Shown here: positions 49,101-61,100 of the stretch, piece by piece
How the letters are laid out: each line of letters opens with the position of its first letter
How positions within the stretch are numbered: position 1 is the stretch's first letter
From: Candidatus Omnitrophica bacterium UBA6233
Lineage (GTDB): Bacteria; Omnitrophota; Gorgyraeia; Gygaellales; Profunditerraquicolaceae
Assembly (NCBI GenBank): GCA_002440965.1
Contig: DJWJ01000026.1
Span: 23,439-87,438 of the forward strand
Length of the DNA stretch: 64,000 nt
Reading direction: 5' to 3'
Program-made: the position numbers and the translations under genes
The notes under the pieces: model-generated
Database searches by the model: none
The model's input: only the letters and a program-made list of their open reading frames with translations
What the model was told of the DNA's origin: nothing

Positions 49101-52100
49101 TTCTATCATAAAGCCCGCTATTTCTTACTGCTCCATATAAAGCCTGCGCTTTATCCGCGCTTTCGGTTGTCCTCAAAGCATGCACAAAAGACTCCAGGAA
49201 TAAAGGAAGCGCCTTCTGGGAGAATTCCAAAGGCTTTATGCGCTGGCCATCAAGGATTTCGTATTTAGTAACTTCATTGATAAAGTAAGCCGGGTAGGTA
49301 TTTTGCTGTTTGTCAAAAGCCTTATCGATACCAAAGCCTACTTTCTTTAAAAAATTATCCAGGATTAAGATTAATTCGTTTACAGATAGTTCTTTTTCTG
49401 CGCCGCTAAAACCAAATTTTGTTTTCAGGCGGTAGTCCTCTTTATACGAATACGCCTTATCCCAATAGGCATAATCTTTTTCAGCCGCCGCGCTCTCAAA
49501 ATATTCCCTGGTTAAATCGTTAAGCTTGGCTAAAAAGTTATAGACCTCTTCTGTTACAGGCAAAGTTTCTATAGCTGCTTGTTCAAGGGAATCTTTGATA
49601 AAAATGAGCAGCCTCTTTAGCTCGAAGGTTTCACAGAGAGAAGAACCGAAAAGCGCAGGCAGCCCGTTTAAAGCATCATACCAATTAGGCTTACCAGCCT
49701 CCATCTCGATTCCTATTCCAAAAGGATCGAGGCTAGCCATTTTATTGACCGCAAGGCAGAGTAATTTATTTATAAGAGTAGTCCGGTAAATTTGGCCTTT
49801 GCCATAATCCGTTCTTACGAGATTAGGCGATACCGCTCTCCCCTGAATCATTGCTTTTTTGTCGCTATCCGCGCAAATTGAATTGAGCTGCCTTGGCTGG
49901 TTGTTCAACAGGGTATATTTCTCCGCTCTGGGTTGAATTACCTCAATATTGTCGAAATAAGTAAATTCCTTCTTCTCGAAGATTATGTTTTTGCACTGTT
50001 CCGGATATACCCCTAAGAAACTCTCCAGAAGGTCAAGATTATAAGTCCAGTGGTCGGTCCAAAAACCTTCGCCATGTTCGGCTTCCTGGATTTTCGCCGC
50101 ACAAGAAAGAATAAATGAGATAAATTTATCATAGGAGGATTTAAGTTTAATCCCGTTATTCTCGATGAACATAGCCAATTCCCCGGGGGAGAAAGGCTTG
50201 GCGAAAAATTTCTGCAGTGGAGAGATATCGGTTGCTTCCGTATAATCCATCAACACCGTCTCTATATCTACTCCCTCTTGTATCTTAAAGCTGGCTCCCT
50301 TTACTACCAGAGGATTAAAACCGTCTGCCTGCAGGAGATTGAAGAAACAAACCAGGTTTTCCTCTTTTACCTCGGGATTAAACCAGACATCGAGCCTGCG
50401 GTTCTGGTTTACGTCGCGGTAGTTGCCGTTACCTTGCGAGAAATAAGACGCCTGCGTCACGAAAGAATTATAATCTCTCTCCAAATCGCCGTGTTTGCGC
50501 GAATAAAGATAGAAAACCTGCTTTGCCTTGCCGGAATCCGGGCGGAACACAACCGGATAGCCGCCGCGCATGATGTTATCCAAGTAGGTCTGCCCTGCGT
50601 AAAGATCAAATTCCCTGGAACTGCTTTTTGTAGCAACATCGTCCTTGAGCTGCGCGATAACCTTTGCGTTCTCCCTCTTTTTCTGTTCAATATAACCGGG
50701 GGCGATAATCCTGGAGATAGAAGAATTAAGCATTTTAAGGTCGCGCATATTGCCGATTACTGTATAAAGCGTCTTCTCTTCCCCTGCGGCCAGCTCGAGA
50801 TTAAAAGGAGAAAAGGCGCACGGGGTCCTGCCAATAGTTACCTGATTGGCCGGATACCGGAAATCTTTTTCCTTTGAGAAACAAACCGGCGTCGAGAAAG
50901 CGGTGTCCTGTCCGAATACCTGCTGAGGATCGACAACCGGCTTTATAATCCTCGGCCCTTCTTTGGTATGAATAAAACTTAAGTAGAAATTCCCTTCTTC
51001 TATATGAATCACCTCGGGTTTATCCGCAATTTCTACACCAAGCTTAAAGAACGGGACGCCGTTTTCAAGATTCTTAACCGTAAACCAGGCTTCGGCAGTC
51101 CGGGACACATGTTTAAGCAGCCAATCATTAATGTATGCAGGAGCGATCTGCGGCAGGCCGTCCAGCAACTGCATCTTTACCGGCTTCTTGCCCGTATTTT
51201 TTAGGGAAACGCTCCTGATTAAACCGGCGAAGGTGTCGTTGGGAACAGTGGCGTAATCTACGGTTATCCCGATGCCGGCAGACGGATTGCGTTCGGCTAT
51301 CGTCAGGCCGTGCGAGCTAATCCGCATATCTTCAACCGGCCCATTCTGGAACGGCTCATAGAAGGCAGTTCCCTTATCACTTGTTACCTTTATAAAAGTG
51401 CGGAAGCCGTGGGAAGCGGCCATCTGCCAGGCCTTGTTTGCCGGCCAAAATTCCAATATCGCATGATCCTTATCCTTTGTGCCGAAGCTGGCTATTCCCT
51501 GGCCGCGGTTAACATAAAACACCCACATCGGTATGCCGTATTTACCGGCGATACCGGGGAAAAAACTGGCAAACGGCTTGGCATAATTATAATTTTCGAT
51601 TACAAATTCATCCTTATTGTTAAGGGAATATTTAGGGGTTTTGGAAGAAGCATCTTCGCTGGAAGCGTTTTCTTTAGGAGCAAAAATAATATTCTTGATG
51701 GCTGAATTAATCTGGCTGGTGATTTCAGGGGATTCATCCTGATGGAATGCTCTCTGCAGGTCATTGTCTTCGTGGATAAGCAAGCTGGTTAAGGCCTTCA
51801 TTGCCGGAGGGCCTTGCTTGTAAAAACCATCCAGGATAACCGAAGAATGATTAATGATCCTGTTTACTCTTTCGTAGGAACCGTAGTTAGTCAAAAGGAC
51901 AAAGTTCTTTCCGGTAATCCTGCCGGTTTGCGCCAGGCCTGTTTGGCCGGGTTTAACCAGAATTAACCGGTGAGTTGTATTAAGCAGGCTTTGACGGGTA
52001 TTTTCATCCGGAATCGCAGCAATAGCCTGCTTGAGCATTTCAGCAAGAGGCCTGTAGGCAACAGGCAGCTCTTCAATCTTAACTTTGGGGCCTAAGATAT

Positions 52101-55100
52101 TGATAGACCTGCCTTCTTTTATGGCTTGCGCTACGTTATCTTCTGCTTCCGCCTGCAGGTTGACGCGCACTTTAAAAGAGAGCTCTTTTTGAGAGTAGAT
52201 CCAGGAGAGATCATTCCGGGAAGGGGGCGTTATTTGAATACGCGCTCTTTCCAGCATCTTTATAATCTCTTCTTTGCCTAAGGGACCCTTCAAATTCCTT
52301 TCTTTATTTTGTATCAATTTTTCCTGAATCAAAACACGCACAGCCTGAGCTTCATCCGATGAAACCTGGATACCAATATCTTCGAAGAACTTCCTTATTG
52401 AGCTCGTTCCGCTATTGTAACCAATAACGATCCTGCACTTGCCTCCTGCCTTTTCCGGCGGAAATGGCTCATAGAGTTCCGGATGTCCTTTTAAGATAGC
52501 ATCAGCATGTATTCCTGATTCGTGGGTAGAAATATAATCCCCGGTTATAGGAGCATTGGGACGCAGAGGAATTCCGAATCTTTCCGCAACTAGCTTAGAG
52601 AGATGGGTGAGTCCTTCCGTATTAATACCTGTCTTTATTGCTAATTTATCTTCGAGCGCCATAACTACTTCCTGCAAAGAAGCATTACCAGCTCGCTCAC
52701 CAAGATTATTTACCGTAACATCAACGAAAGAGGCGCCTGCTCTGACTGCTGCCAAAGCATTAGCAGTAGCTAAGCCATAATCATTGTGCCCGTGGAAACC
52801 AATCGGAATATTGGTATTTTGGATGATATTCGACAATCTTTTTTCGAGTTCCCAGGGCGCAAACTGGCCTTTGGTGTCTGCCAATAACACCCTATCCGCG
52901 CCAGCTTCACTGACTGCCTTGATGAATTCTATTATAAAATTATCGTCGCTATTAGTAAAATCTTCGCAAGCAACATCAACATAAAAACCTTTTTTCTTGG
53001 CGTATCGGACCACTTGAACCATGTTACTCATTACCCACTCTCTGGTTTTAGCAAGTTTATATTGAATATGGCTATCGGACGTAGCGACAAAAATCCTGAT
53101 ATTTTTAAGGCCGCATTTCTCTGTCGCATCCACATCTTCAACCATCTCCCTGCTCAAGCCAAATAATTTAGCCTTTAACCCCAAAGATAAAATGGAAGAG
53201 ATAATATCTTGTTCTATCTGTCCAGTCGCAGGAAACCCGACTTCCATTTCCGGCACGCCTATTTCGTCAATGGCGCGCGCGATAGCTAAACGCTCTTCTT
53301 TAGTTAATACCACACCCGGCGTTTGTTTACCGTCGCGCAACGTTGTATCTAATATTTTTACTCTTTCGGATGAAAGCGGTTTCTCGGGAGTCAAAATTAA
53401 AGATTTTTGAGCTACTGCTAAATCATCTTTAAAGTCATTTAACTGGCGGGGTGATAGGTTGAATATTATTTTATTTTCCGCCTCGTTGAATCCTATTATG
53501 AGACCGAATAAACTATTCTTATCGTGATTAAAATTTTTCTCTAGCATATCTATGCTTAATTTTTCTAGCTCAGGCAGGCTAGATAATTTTTTATTTAGAA
53601 AGTCAAAATAAAGCCATTTTGTTTTTTCGTCATAGACATAATCAACCCAATTATAAGTTTGGCCCGATAAGTCTTTGCTTATCTTGGCAATGAAAGCGCT
53701 TAATACTAAAAGCCTAATAAAGTTGGCATAATTCCCTTCTATTTTTTGCTTGTTTTCTTTTTCTTCTCCGCTCAAAAATCTAAATAGAGATTTTGCATAA
53801 TTAAATACCTTCACGGAAGGAATGTAATCCTCTATAAGCTGCCGCGTTTCGTCGGGTAAACTGTTATATTTGGATATTACTTTCTCGTATTTATCTTTGT
53901 ATCTTCTAAGATCGGTTAGTCTTATTTCCTGCCTTTCTGTTCTCGTCGGCTCATCAGATAAACCTGCTATCTTGTTTTCCAGATATCCAGCGCCTTTATA
54001 CTCAGCTGCCAACCCCTTCAATCTATACAGAAGCAGAGATTCACTTAATTCAGACGGTTTCCTTACCATCTTTCGCACGTCTAGGTAATACTGCGCGCAA
54101 TAATCATCGATAAATTCACCACCTCTAACCCCCCTCATGTCGGCTAATGTAAAAGGAATCAGCCAATCAAGATTCTTTTCTTGTCTATTAAAATCACCGG
54201 AATATTTTAAAAGTTTAGAAAACAGATACCCGGCTGTTCTTTCTCCAGTATACATAGTCCCTATATCAACATGAGAATCAATAAAATACTGCGCCTCTGA
54301 AATCCTCTCTTCGGAAATACTGCTTATATATTTCTTTAGAACCTCTTTAATGAGCCGAGCACCTATGGCGTGATGTTTTGGTTTGGAAACGATTGTTCCT
54401 ATATCGTGCAACAAAGTGACTAAAAAGTAAAATTCCCTGTCTTCTTTCGTCTTTATTAAATTTCTAAGCAAGATATGATGTTTACAAAATACGGTTTCGC
54501 TTATCTCCTCCGGGCTTCTGGCGTTTTGGTTAAAAGCAACATGATTATTTTCTAGTATATTTATAAAATGTTTGAAAACTTCCAAAGAGTGATCTTTCAT
54601 ACCGGCGCTTTCCAGCAAGCCGAAGAAAGGAAGCGCCCTATCTAATACCCCATCTTTTACGCTTTTATCAAAGTCTACTAATATATTGTCAGAATTGATA
54701 AATATATTTTTTATCTTTTCATAGGCTTTCGTATCGCTATCCTCAATTAGGCATTTTATTTTTTCTTCGGCCCACCACTCACCATTGAAATCTTCTGTGA
54801 TCTTGCGAAATTCATCTATAGTCCTCTTGGCTACTTCATACCTTTCATCCGAACTATCAATATCATCTCTCCTCAAGATTAACCATCTAGCGACATCCCA
54901 AAGAAAAGCGCCTGCCCCTAAAACATAAGGAATTGCCTCTAATTCTTCCATTGTAAGCTTGTGGTTGGAAAATGCTTGGTATCCTCTAAGCAAAGCAATA
55001 AAGCTGCTTCTTACATATTTCCTTTCCATCTTTAAAGCTGTCCCTAAAAGCGCGTTCTTAAATTCTTCAATACGCGCCTGTCCTTGGCGGCTGCGTTCCC

Positions 55101-58100
55101 AATCAAACAATACCATAACATCATCCCTATCATCCATCCATTTGACATTGCCTGTTTTCATATCCCCATGGATAACAGCTTGAGGCAGTTTTTTATATTT
55201 TTCTAAAGATAAATTATTTTTCAAAGAAGCAAACTGACTAAAAATAAAATCGGCATTATCCAAGAAGAGTTGTTCTGACCTTGAAAAATTTCCGCCTTTC
55301 AATATTAACCGTTGTTTTAAATTTAAGAAATCTTCTTCGGCAGTAGCAATATCAATTGCTAATAATTCCCGTTTCTCTCCCTTAGGTATAAAACCGGACA
55401 GAACATTATGGATTGAAGCCATCATTTTACCTAATGAGAAAAACTGTTCCGGACGCATTTGTGCCCAGGTTATTTCTCTTCCATCCGGAGTATACTCTTC
55501 TAAGAACCAATACCAGTCCTTTATTTTTAGCAAATAGCCTACATGCCTTGTTTGCTGTATTCGAGCAACAGGAAGACCTTGTGCATGCAAATATAATTGC
55601 ACTGAAACAATAAAATCGGCTTTTAAAGAATCGTTCGTTGCGTACTTTAAAACAAATTTTCCTTTCGGCGAATAAATTAGCAAAGGCTTTCTTAAAGAAG
55701 TGCCGCCGATTAAATCCTCATATTGAACTTGATTCAGTGAATTTACCCCTAAATCGTAATTCTGTATGATTGCATTGGCTTTTTCCTGCCCGGTTACGAC
55801 TACTTTTCTCAAATAATCTTTAATCCTCATTGAAGATAATCGCCAAAGAGGAGTATTATCAGCATCTGTTTGCGAAGACGAAGGAAAACTATATTCCTGG
55901 ACAAGCTGCGCTGCTTTAATGGCTGCGCCTCTGGCGGCATTGGCATCTTTAACCAAAGTCACTTCTATTATCTCTTGTATGTTTAAATCTTTGCTGTATT
56001 GGTTGACATACTTCTGCAACAATCTCTGACGTATCTTGCCTGTCCCGGCTGCGGTTGTTCCGCCGCCAAAGGCAAATTTTGTCTTACCAGTTAACTTATA
56101 GAGGAATATCACATGCTGGGCTTCGCGCTGCTCGACAATATCCCATACTTCTAAGGATAACTTCACTAGCTCGCTGTCGCTATCCAGTTTCAAGGAGGTA
56201 TCCAGAGGATTTATGCCGCTTGCGGCTAAGCCGATATGCTCTACTTCTATTTTACTTATCCCAAGTTGTTTTAATTTTTCAGTTAACCCTATCTGATTGG
56301 CTACTGCCATGATCCCGCGGATGCTGCCTGCCCAATCCTCATAAGAGCCTAGCGGTGAATTCTCTGCCCTTGATTCTATACCATCTTTTACGTTGAATAT
56401 CTGATGGCCGCCTTCATTGGCCCCAGCCACTACTTCACCGTTTTCTATCTGCTGCACGCCTATTCCTGAGCCGGTAATTAATATAACCGCATCTTTAAAG
56501 CCTGCCAGCTGGGCTATACTTAAGCCCCATCCGGTCATGTCATTGCCGTAACCAAGCAAGGCATCCCCTAAAATATTGCGCAGATCCTCAATAAATGTGT
56601 TTGCCTCGGACAGGCCTGTTCCCATATCTTTTCCAAAGCCCCGGCTTAATTCGCCCAGGCTTGCCATACGGTCATGGGCGTAATCCGGATTTCCCGGAAG
56701 ATTAATAAAGAGCGCGCTAACCTTTCCATACTTGGCTTCTACCGCTGTTTTTAGTTCCTGGACAAAATTTACCAGCCGATTGCTGAATTCCTTACCGCTA
56801 TCGCCAACTTCTAGTTTTTCATATTTAAAGGCGTAACGGTAGCGCAGCGATTTATCCTGTTTCCTGAGTTCTTTCTCATTTGCTGCCTCAGGCGACAATT
56901 CATCAGTTACATCCTTACCGTCTACCAATACGCATGATTTTATGCCCTGTCCGCCTACATCAAGGCCTATGGTAACCATTGTCTTAGGCAGGGTTATTTT
57001 TCTGTTTTTATAACACTGCTCTATTAATTCTTTTAACCCGATTGGGCTTTTTGCCTTAAAATCTTCCGGCTTATATATTATCTCTACTCTATTTCCGGCA
57101 TTGGCTTTGCTTAATAATGGCGCGCCTGTTTCCTTAAAGTATTTATCTAATGATTTGATTGCTGCTTCTTCGATGTCGCCTCTGCAGATTGATGAATCGT
57201 TTTCGTAGGCCTCCACATAGATATGCTCTGTCGGGCCATTACCTAAAGCCAACCCTTGGGCGTATAATTTGGCGATGTAGCTGCGGTATATTGTTTCTGC
57301 CTGGCCCTTATTTAGCTTGGCTGGATCAGGAATTCTAATTTCTACTGCCCGGCCGTTATCCGCGGTTAATCTCACGGTTATTACTTTGGCAGACTGCTTA
57401 ACCACAGACTGGATATTCTTTTCGATGTTGATATATTCTGTGGAAGTCCCATTTATTTTTGGAAGCGCTTTCCTGGAAGGTAAAATAAAAGATTTTTGAG
57501 CTGCTGCAGAGCTTTTCCTATTGTCAAATGTGTCTGCATCGTCGGTTTTTTGTTTTTCAACATTCAGTACAGATACTTTCTGCAAAAGTTCTTTGGCGGC
57601 AGAGCGGATCTCAGGAGTGGCGCCGGGATTACTTAAAACGGCATCCATCTTATCGGTAACGAACCTTATTTCATTACCCATCACCAAAGGAACAGCATAG
57701 ATAATCAAGAGGGCTTGCTCTTCAAATGTTAAAGGCGATGAATAGTCTAAGAGGTTTAAAGATCTGGCGGACGCCTGATCACGGCTTTCAAAACCGGCCA
57801 TTAGTTCTATAGCCTGAAACTTTCTTTCCAAAACACCGAATGTCCCTAAAAGGCCTTTAACGGTATCTTTATCCTTAAATGCAATCAGGGCGTCTAAGGC
57901 TCCGCGGAAATCCTCGGGGGAATCCAGCCGGCAATATAGTTCATAAACCACTTTTTCGCGAAGCCAGCTTGCCAGAGACCCCTGCGAATGCTTGAGCCAC
58001 TTTAACCACTTAGGCCAGATAGATTCTGGCGTAGAACAGATGGTTTCATTAATCACCTTAGTAGCTATCTTGTCTTCCAGCCAGCGCGATGCATCGTTCC

Positions 58101-61100
58101 AACACAAAAATACCAGTGTCAGAGGAATTGCGGCACTTAAAAATAACCCAAACGGGGTCATATGAGAAGAACTATGGGGTATATATGAGGTTGCGGCCAA
58201 GGCGGGGGCGGCGAAGAAAACAGCGCCGGCAATCGCCATTAAGGCTAAAAGCAAAACCTGGGTGGAGCCTTTCTGATTATCAAAACCTATATCATCGCTT
58301 TTTTGTTTTTCAACATTCAGGACAGATACTTTCTGTAAAAGTTCTTTGGCGGCGGAGCGGATCTTAAGGGTAGCGTAGGGATTCCTTAAGACAGCATCCA
58401 TCTCATCGGCAACAAATTTTCTGTTATTCCCCATCACCAGGGGCACAGTTTCAAGGATAAGAAGCGCCTGCTCTTCAAAGGTCAAAGGCGCTATGTCATC
58501 CAAAAGCCCGAGGAATTGACCGGGGAGCCGGTCGTGGCTTCTAAAACTACCCATCACACTAACCGCTTGAAGTTTCTTTTCCAGCATACCGAAGGGGCCT
58601 AAAAGGCCCTTGACGGTATCTTTGTCTTTCAATATAACGATGGCGTTTAACGCTCCGCGGAAATCCCTGAAAGAATTCAGCCGGCAATATAACTCATAAA
58701 CCACTTTTTCGCGAATCCAGTTTGCCAGAGGGCCCTGTGAATGCTTGAGCCATTTCAACCGCTTAGGCCAGATAGATTCTGGCGCGGAATACCCGACAAT
58801 CACCTTAGCGGTTATCTTATCTTTCAGCCAGCGCGATACATCGCTCCAGCATAAAGAAACCACTATCAGAGGAATAATAACTCTTAAAAATAACCCAAAC
58901 GGCGTAATATGAGAAGAGGTGTAGGGTATGGATGAGGTTGCGGCAAAGGCGGAGGTGGTAAGGAAAATAAATCCTAAGAAAATACCTAGCACCTTGAGTT
59001 TATTCTGCAACTCAGAAATATTTTTTCTGGCTCTCTGCTGGGCTTCTGCATTTGCCTCCATTCTAACCTCTCTGAGATGGCGAGCCTTATCAAGGGTAAT
59101 TTCTGCATTGCATTGGACCTCCAAGCGCTTTCCATAGCTCTCTCCTGTCAAGCCTATCTCGAGCTGTTGGTTGGAATTACGCATTTCTATCTCTAAAACA
59201 GTCTTCGTATAATCTGCGATTATCTTATATGCCTCTGCTCCTAAATTGCATAATTCCTCTTTTGCGCGCTCCAGCTTGAATTCCAATGCCTGTTTCTTGA
59301 GTTGCTCTATATGCTCCGGTTTAGCGCTGGGGTCATCGGCATAGCTTTCATGCAAAGCTACATGCTCTTTGGCAAAACTAATAAGCAATTCTTCTTCATC
59401 GAGCAGGTTAAAGAGCCTGGCTATTCTTTCTCTTTCAGAGGGATTTTGCCAATCCCGGCTGTTGGTTAGAGGTAATTTACGAATCTCTTCTGAGGAGATA
59501 TCGTATTGCTCTCTAAGGAAAATAAGCTCGTCTCTATTTACTTTTTCACCGGCACGGCGGGCTTTCCTTTTGCCGCTAACAATAAGGTAGTTGAGTAAAA
59601 CTGCGGAATAGAGCGTTTCGTCTACCATCTCTGCCATATAGGCTAAATCAGGATTTTTCTCTTGGCATTCCAAATAAATATCATGCATAAACCCGGGTGT
59701 GATGTTGTGGAAATCACCTTCATCAAATTTATTGAACGTCTGTTTTAAAGAATTGAAGGAAGCGCAGGAAACTTCCAGCTTGCGCTTATCTCCGGGTGTA
59801 AGTTTTATATCCAGCTTTTTAAATAATTTTAATATAGTGCTCGTCTTAGTTTCTGTGCTGCTGGAAAGGCCAGACACAACCTCTTTGGCAATAAACATGA
59901 TATCTTTTTGCGCCTGGAGAACGATTATCTCTTTATTACGAAGATTAGGATATTTCCGGAGTAAGCTTGCGTAAGCAAGGATGATTTGCAGCGCTCTTTC
60001 AATCCTTTCCTTGCCAAATTTATATCCGGGTGCGCTAAGGATAGTCTTTACTTTTTTTGTATCTAAGTTACCCTTGGCATCACTTATCTTAGCAGCATAA
60101 TGGATTTTTTTAGTTGCTTTGTTGTAATAGACTATCCTTTCCCCGCAATAGTCTTCCAGCGCTTTAACTACTTGAGCCGGCCCTTTGAATAGCCTGAACC
60201 CTTTACAGCTAAAACTAAACAGTTCCTCGGAAAGCGGTTTCTTGAAGAGCAAAAATAAAATTCCCACGACAGTTAAAGTTATTATTCCAAAGAGGGATTG
60301 CACTGGGATAGAGTTTATTGGCCCTGCGGCAAATGCGGAGGTGGCGAAGAAAAAGATAGCTGCTAATAAGGTACCGGCAATCGCCATTAAGGCTATAAAC
60401 AAAACCTGAGCGGAGCCTTTTTGATTATCCGGCCGGGGAGCAGGGATGTGGCGAAATAAGGAAAATTTACCGGCCTTCTCTGGCATAAAGGCCAAGAATT
60501 CTCTTTCTACTCCCAGGCGTGAACGTACGATACCCTTGAAGCCTGCTGCTTCCCGGGCCAAGCGGATAAATAAATCAATTCCATCTACCTCGTCTACGCC
60601 TTTGCCGAAGTTCTCGCCCACGCTTGAGCCTAAAACAATTAAATTAGTAAAACCTTCCTTAGGATAGGCTTCTTTGAAGGCTCGCATAGCCATACCTAAA
60701 TCTCTGCCGGCTTCGCTGATAAAATCCAATGCCAGCCTATCTCCATTTTGGGCCTTTTCTTCAAGATGAGCATCCTCCAAAGGTAAAATTTCGCCGGCCC
60801 CGGAGAATTCTTGCCATCTCTTGGCTAACCCCGGCCCCGAGAGATAATCCTCCAGGCTCCTTTCGTCCGGAGTCAATTCTCCCGGATCTTTCTGGCCCAA
60901 CCAACTGCCATCCGGCTTGGGTTGATATCTCCATTCTTTTGTCTTTAGATTATAGATAAGATGATGCCCTAACTCGCCCAAGCCCCAGCTTACTTTATCG
61001 GACTTATAACAAGGCTTGCCGTCCTTTAGAATACCTGCTCCTACGCCTGTGCCTAAAATAAGGAATGTGCCGCTAACCAGAATTTGTTTATTTGGATTAT

